Shown here: positions 37,259 to 41,022 of the stretch, one piece after another
How positions within the stretch are numbered: the first letter of the stretch is position 1
Layout: every line of letters begins with the position of its first letter
Source of the DNA: Bacteroidetes bacterium 4572_117
GTDB lineage: Bacteria; Bacteroidota; Bacteroidia; Bacteroidales; NBLH01
Direction: 5' to 3'
Assembly (NCBI GenBank): GCA_002084525.1
Contig: NBLH01000006.1
Coordinates: 1-41,022, forward strand
DNA length: 41,022 bases
Made by a program: the position numbers and the translations under genes
The notes under the pieces: model-generated
What the model was told of the DNA's origin: nothing
Databases searched by the model: none
What the model saw: only the letters and a program-made list of their open reading frames with translations

Positions 37259-37631
37259 AAATTTTTAAAATAGTTTTTCTGCTTGTTTAAAGTCTGTATA
37301 AGTTCCAAAAATGCAATTTTTTTTTGCTAAAGCCTACGAATAAGTAATGTTTTTTTTCAAAGGGTGCGCCCTGTGTTGTTGTTCGTTATACTATAAGGAG
37401 CGAAAGCTACTTATACACAGGGTCTTGCTTGTGATATTAGCAGGAGGCAAAGCTTACCCAGTATTTTTAACATGGTTGGTTTACCATAAGATATACACTG
37501 AAAAAAGGGAAATGGAAAAACCTGAAACTATGGGGTGCACCAGCAGTCAGCCGCCAACCATGGACAAATGCATGAAGAAATTATTCTTACTAAATTTTAT
37601 AAAATATTTTCAATTTGCAAAAAGCAACAGT

Positions 37632-40133
37632 TTAATTTGATTGAATATTAATTTCATCCACAAATATCCAAGCTTTCCCTTTGCCAGCATGCCATACAGG
37701 AACAAATTCAATACTTTTGCCAATAATTCGAACGAATTGTGCTTTGGTATTCTCTAATTTTTTCCTGTAACTTTTAATTACAGGATCTAAATGAGATTGA
37801 TTAACAGATGTATTAAATTTTCTTACCATAATTTGTTGGTAATTTTTACCATCTGCTGAAATGTAAAAACCTACAATTTTTGGTGCAAATATCCATGAGT
37901 TTTGATCATGAAGAAAATTAACTTTGATTGAGTGGATATCCTTTACTTCTTGAAGGTTTACTGTTAAATCAAAATCATGACCTTCAAACCCTAACCATTT
38001 CCCATCTCTGGCATTCGTTGATCCTAAAAGTTTATCATTCAATGTTTTTAATCCCCTTGATGAGTAGGTAGGATGTGGTGGGTGCTTCAATTCAAACAAT
38101 ATCCTTTTCGGAATTTCTTTATATTCAACATGCGAAACAGCACTTTTATTTAAACCGTTTTTAATACTAATTGCTTTTACTATTGTTGACGAGTTTATTA
38201 TAAATTCCTTGTTATAAAGCTCAGAATCCTCTGTAGGTTCCCTTCCATCCAAGCTGTAATATATCTTTGCACTGTCATCAAAGCAGAGTAATGAAACGGT
38301 AATGGTTTTACCTTTTTCAATTTCGGGAGTTGTAGGACTAATTGCTGGTGGAATACTTACGTAGTCGTCTGGATTAGAATAGAAGAGCATATCTGGCCTT
38401 AATAATTCTCTTTTCGGTTCTTCTCCTTTTTGAAAAAAAACTTCTAATTGTTCATTAAGAAGAATGTGGTCATAAGTGAGTTCAATGGGATAAAATCCTT
38501 TTTTTAGATAAATTGATTCATTATTTAGCCCCGTTTGTTTATTAGAACCACCCTGATAAAGTATTTTACCATTCACAAACAGTTTAGACGGATTCGCGGA
38601 ATAAGAGAAAAAACGATAATCATTATCATCTTCAATTTTAACATAGCCTTTCCATTGCATTCTAAAATCATCAAAAATCGAAGGTATGGCATTTACATTA
38701 AAGAAAGTATCAAGACCTATCACTCTTGGGCTTTTTTTGGTATCTGTAAAATATTTATACATCAAGCCATTTTTCTTTTTGTTAGCTAAAGCTTGTTTTA
38801 TTTGTGCTACCCTTTCAGGGACAGGATTTAACCCCATTTTTTTTCGTAGTCTGGCCATTGACCAACACCACCACGACACCTGTTCGCCATTTCCTGCATC
38901 AACAACTTTCCATATACCCTGTTCTAATTCCTTCAACTTTGTTTTTGTAACATGTTGGCGGTCTATTTTAGTTCCATTTGTTAAAGTCGCATTTTCCATA
39001 TAAACAGGAGACTTATATTGAATGATTTTTAGCATATTAAAAATCTCATCTAAGCGTTCCCAATCATTTTCTTGTGTACAATACTCAATTTCCCAACCTA
39101 TACCTTTACCAATCATTTGCCCGGAAAATGTTCCGTCTGCCCAAAAATCTGTAGGCATCCATTTTACCCCATTCCAGATTTGCATCCCCTTTCGTAACTC
39201 TCTAACTGTGTTTATCATAACATTATGCGAGAGCGGTTCCCATTGTGCCGCAATGGGCGATAAATTCACCCAACCCATACCATAAAAAGGGATGATAGTA
39301 TTGTTTTCTTTTGATAATAATTCATAATAAACATCCTTGCCGTCTACTTCCCGTATCATATGTTGTTGTACCCCTTCTCTAAGAATTTTTATACGTCCTT
39401 TCCAAAGGCTTGCCAATTCATTTTCATTTCGTCTTTCAGCAACCAAAATCATCAACTCAAGTGCCGAACCAATAAAACATTGTGTTAACAAATTGTAATT
39501 GCTTTTGCCTGATCTGGAATGCTCAAAATTATAATTATGTACAAGCTTTGATATGGTTCCTTCTTTTTCTAAACCAAAATATGGTTTTTGAGTAGAGCTA
39601 GTCATCAAATCCGAGGCAATATTCCAAGTTTTATTTTCAAAATCTGTTTCTCCACGATGCAATGCCAACATTGCCCAGGCCATAATTACATGGGCTTGTC
39701 CGTCTATTTGATCGGTTCGTCCTATGACTTTATATGGATTATTTATAGAATCAGCAGGCTCATTAGGGAATAATTTACGATCAGTAACATGAGGAATTCT
39801 ATCAAGACCATTAGTGATCATGGCATCAAAAGCACAATTAATAATATGTTCTGCGTGTTTGAGTTCACCTGTTTCAATAAGCAATGAAACAATAGCCCCT
39901 ACCGTTCTTAGGTACATGCCACCATATTGCCCTGTTGTTGATTCTTCAAGATAACCGTCTGGCTCAATCCTATCTATTAAATCATAATAGGTATTACTAT
40001 AAAGTTCTTGAAAAAAATCTGAGGATAATTCATGTTTTACCCTATCAGGCAAGTTGCTTTTGTCGTCAGAAGTGTTTTGACATGAAAAAATAGAAGTAAT
40101 AAAAACAAATAGGATGAAGAAATTACTTTGCAT
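37632..40133 (-). CDS. Multidomain glycan-active lipoprotein: unassigned N-terminal helical domain, PA14, chitobiase/hexosaminidase-C-like domain and F5/8 type C (discoidin) domain
   Basis: The lipoprotein signal is FITSIFSC-Q. A Trp/aromatic-rich domain of about 430 aa follows, possibly a six-hairpin glycosidase-like fold. The PA14-like segment runs GLMYKYFTD...GYVKIEDDNDYRFFSYSANPSKLFVNGK...GFYPIELTY. A Big/CHB_HEX_C-like segment follows (KIYYSLDGREPTEDSELY). The C-terminal discoidin-like segment includes GKWLGFEGHDFDLTVNL... Confidence 0.7.
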   Translation of the reverse strand: MQSNFFILFVFITSIFSCQNTSDDKSNLPDRVKHELSSDFFQELYSNTYYDLIDRIEPDGYLEESTTGQYGGMYLRTVGAIVSLLIETGELKHAEHIINCAFDAMITNGLDRIPHVTDRKLFPNEPADSINNPYKVIGRTDQIDGQAHVIMAWAMLALHRGETDFENKTWNIASDLMTSSTQKPYFGLEKEGTISKLVHNYNFEHSRSGKSNYNLLTQCFIGSALELMILVAERRNENELASLWKGRIKILREGVQQHMIREVDGKDVYYELLSKENNTIIPFYGMGWVNLSPIAAQWEPLSHNVMINTVRELRKGMQIWNGVKWMPTDFWADGTFSGQMIGKGIGWEIEYCTQENDWERLDEIFNMLKIIQYKSPVYMENATLTNGTKIDRQHVTKTKLKELEQGIWKVVDAGNGEQVSWWCWSMARLRKKMGLNPVPERVAQIKQALANKKKNGLMYKYFTDTKKSPRVIGLDTFFNVNAIPSIFDDFRMQWKGYVKIEDDNDYRFFSYSANPSKLFVNGKILYQGGSNKQTGLNNESIYLKKGFYPIELTYDHILLNEQLEVFFQKGEEPKRELLRPDMLFYSNPDDYVSIPPAISPTTPEIEKGKTITVSLLCFDDSAKIYYSLDGREPTEDSELYNKEFIINSSTIVKAISIKNGLNKSAVSHVEYKEIPKRILFELKHPPHPTYSSRGLKTLNDKLLGSTNARDGKWLGFEGHDFDLTVNLQEVKDIHSIKVNFLHDQNSWIFAPKIVGFYISADGKNYQQIMVRKFNTSVNQSHLDPVIKSYRKKLENTKAQFVRIIGKSIEFVPVWHAGKGKAWIFVDEINIQSN

Positions 40134-40374
40134 CTCAATTTTAATTTAGGATTGCTAAGAAAGTTTGGCTATGCAGCGTGCGCCTTAATCAGGCACACTT
40201 TCAAACTACAAGTAGCCAAATTTTTCGATTTGGTAAATATAGTAATTTAAATCGGCAAATCGAAAGATTTGTCGAGAACATTTTATAGCTAAAGACATAT
40301 TATACGTTTGATATTGTGCATATTACATAGTTTTTATTGTACTGTATGATTTCTCTTGTGTCCATAATGAATGT

Positions 40375-40842
40375 CTATGCAAATCTTACAAAATACTCCA
40401 TAATTATTAAACTAGGTATCAGAAAAGGAAGTCCTATTGAAAACCAAAAACCCAAATTAAATAATCTTTGTCTATAAGCCTCACTGTTGTCTTTATTAAA
40501 ACTATTGTCAAGCAAGTAACCAAGATTGTAAAATGTGTTTGCGATAAGCATCATGAACAAATAGCCTATACCTTGAAAAAAAGTTGTGAATAGAGTTATT
40601 TCAAATTCAAAGTCGTAAGGGGCTATTAAAATTACTCCGAGAATTGCATAAATCAAAAAAGCAGTTATGCCAGCGAAAACAAGTCCTAAGTTATATTTTA
40701 CTCGATGAATTCTCCACCAATCTTTGCTGGATAATGAATTTTCAGTATCGCCCTCCATATGTGTTTGTCTATTTATTTTCATTTCCCCTTTTTCGTGGTC
40801 TGAGCCTAATATGTTCATAATAACCATGCATGTAAAATGCAA
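40375..40842 (-). CDS. Small membrane protein (3-4 TM), unknown function; start uncertain
   Basis: The ORF has hydrophobic helices (LGLVFAGITAFLIYAILGVILIA, LFTTFFQGIGYLFMMLIA, LGFWFSIGLPFLIPSLII). Several in-frame Met residues (aa 6, 9, 21, 29) are alternative starts. Confidence 0.5.
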   Translation of the reverse strand: MHFTCMVIMNILGSDHEKGEMKINRQTHMEGDTENSLSSKDWWRIHRVKYNLGLVFAGITAFLIYAILGVILIAPYDFEFEITLFTTFFQGIGYLFMMLIANTFYNLGYLLDNSFNKDNSEAYRQRLFNLGFWFSIGLPFLIPSLIIMEYFVRFA

Positions 40843-41022
40843 TTGAATGTCAAGATTGAATTAGAAGTTTACCTATGATTCTTGTTCAATACATTCTTTT
40901 CGTTTTAACATATCACCCAACACCCAACCAAAGCAAAACGTAAATTTGTTCACCTTATGCGTTTATCAGATATTTTTTATTTTTAACGCAATGTACAAGC
41001 TATATGTTAAATATCCAAATTA

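Noticed and set aside
37347-37640. 97-aa plus-strand ORF in the GC-rich spacer
   Set aside because: It has a Cys-rich N-terminus and no recognisable fold or motif, and it overlaps strongly self-complementary sequence. I treat the region as a candidate RNA or remnant instead.

Overview
This is an AT-rich chromosomal segment that looks Bacteroidota-like. Supporting signs are a T9SS C-terminal sorting domain, a DUF4834-like protein, a three-subunit b558-type sdhCAB, and TAnnTTTG -7 boxes in front of many genes. All family calls come from motif recognition by eye; no searches were run.

Most of the roughly 30 genes are core housekeeping:
- tRNA-Leu(CAA)
- an SpmA/B-like membrane protein
- purD
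- an AsnC-type regulator divergent from asnB
- rplM-rpsI-rpsB-tsf-pyrH
- kdsB
- a block of sigma54 activator, LptE-like lipoprotein, E/K-rich TPR protein, secG and groES-groEL
- sdhCAB
- a CrtI-like oxidoreductase
- a POT peptide transporter
- a large multidomain glycan-binding lipoprotein

An additional partial minus-strand CDS (1..1224, AsmA/TamB-like) is missing from the ORF track because it runs off the window.

I saw no transposase, integrase, CRISPR array or recognisable defence genes, and I cannot support a clearly novel multi-gene system. The least ordinary region is 5.1-11.8 kb. There purD is 5'-truncated exactly where a block begins that holds two paralogous 7TMR-DISM sensor kinases, a DUF4834-like protein, a secreted GH24 muramidase and an orphan receiver. 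One of the two kinases has Ser in place of the phospho-accepting His.

Other points worth a second look:
- a family of heptanucleotide-periodic intergenic tracts
- two structured or palindromic intergenic elements (29.45 kb and 37.4 kb)
- a signal-peptide-plus-T9SS-CTD-only mini-protein
- an Nramp-like transporter lacking the DPGN motif
- a 1.9 kb purine-strand-biased E/K-rich gene
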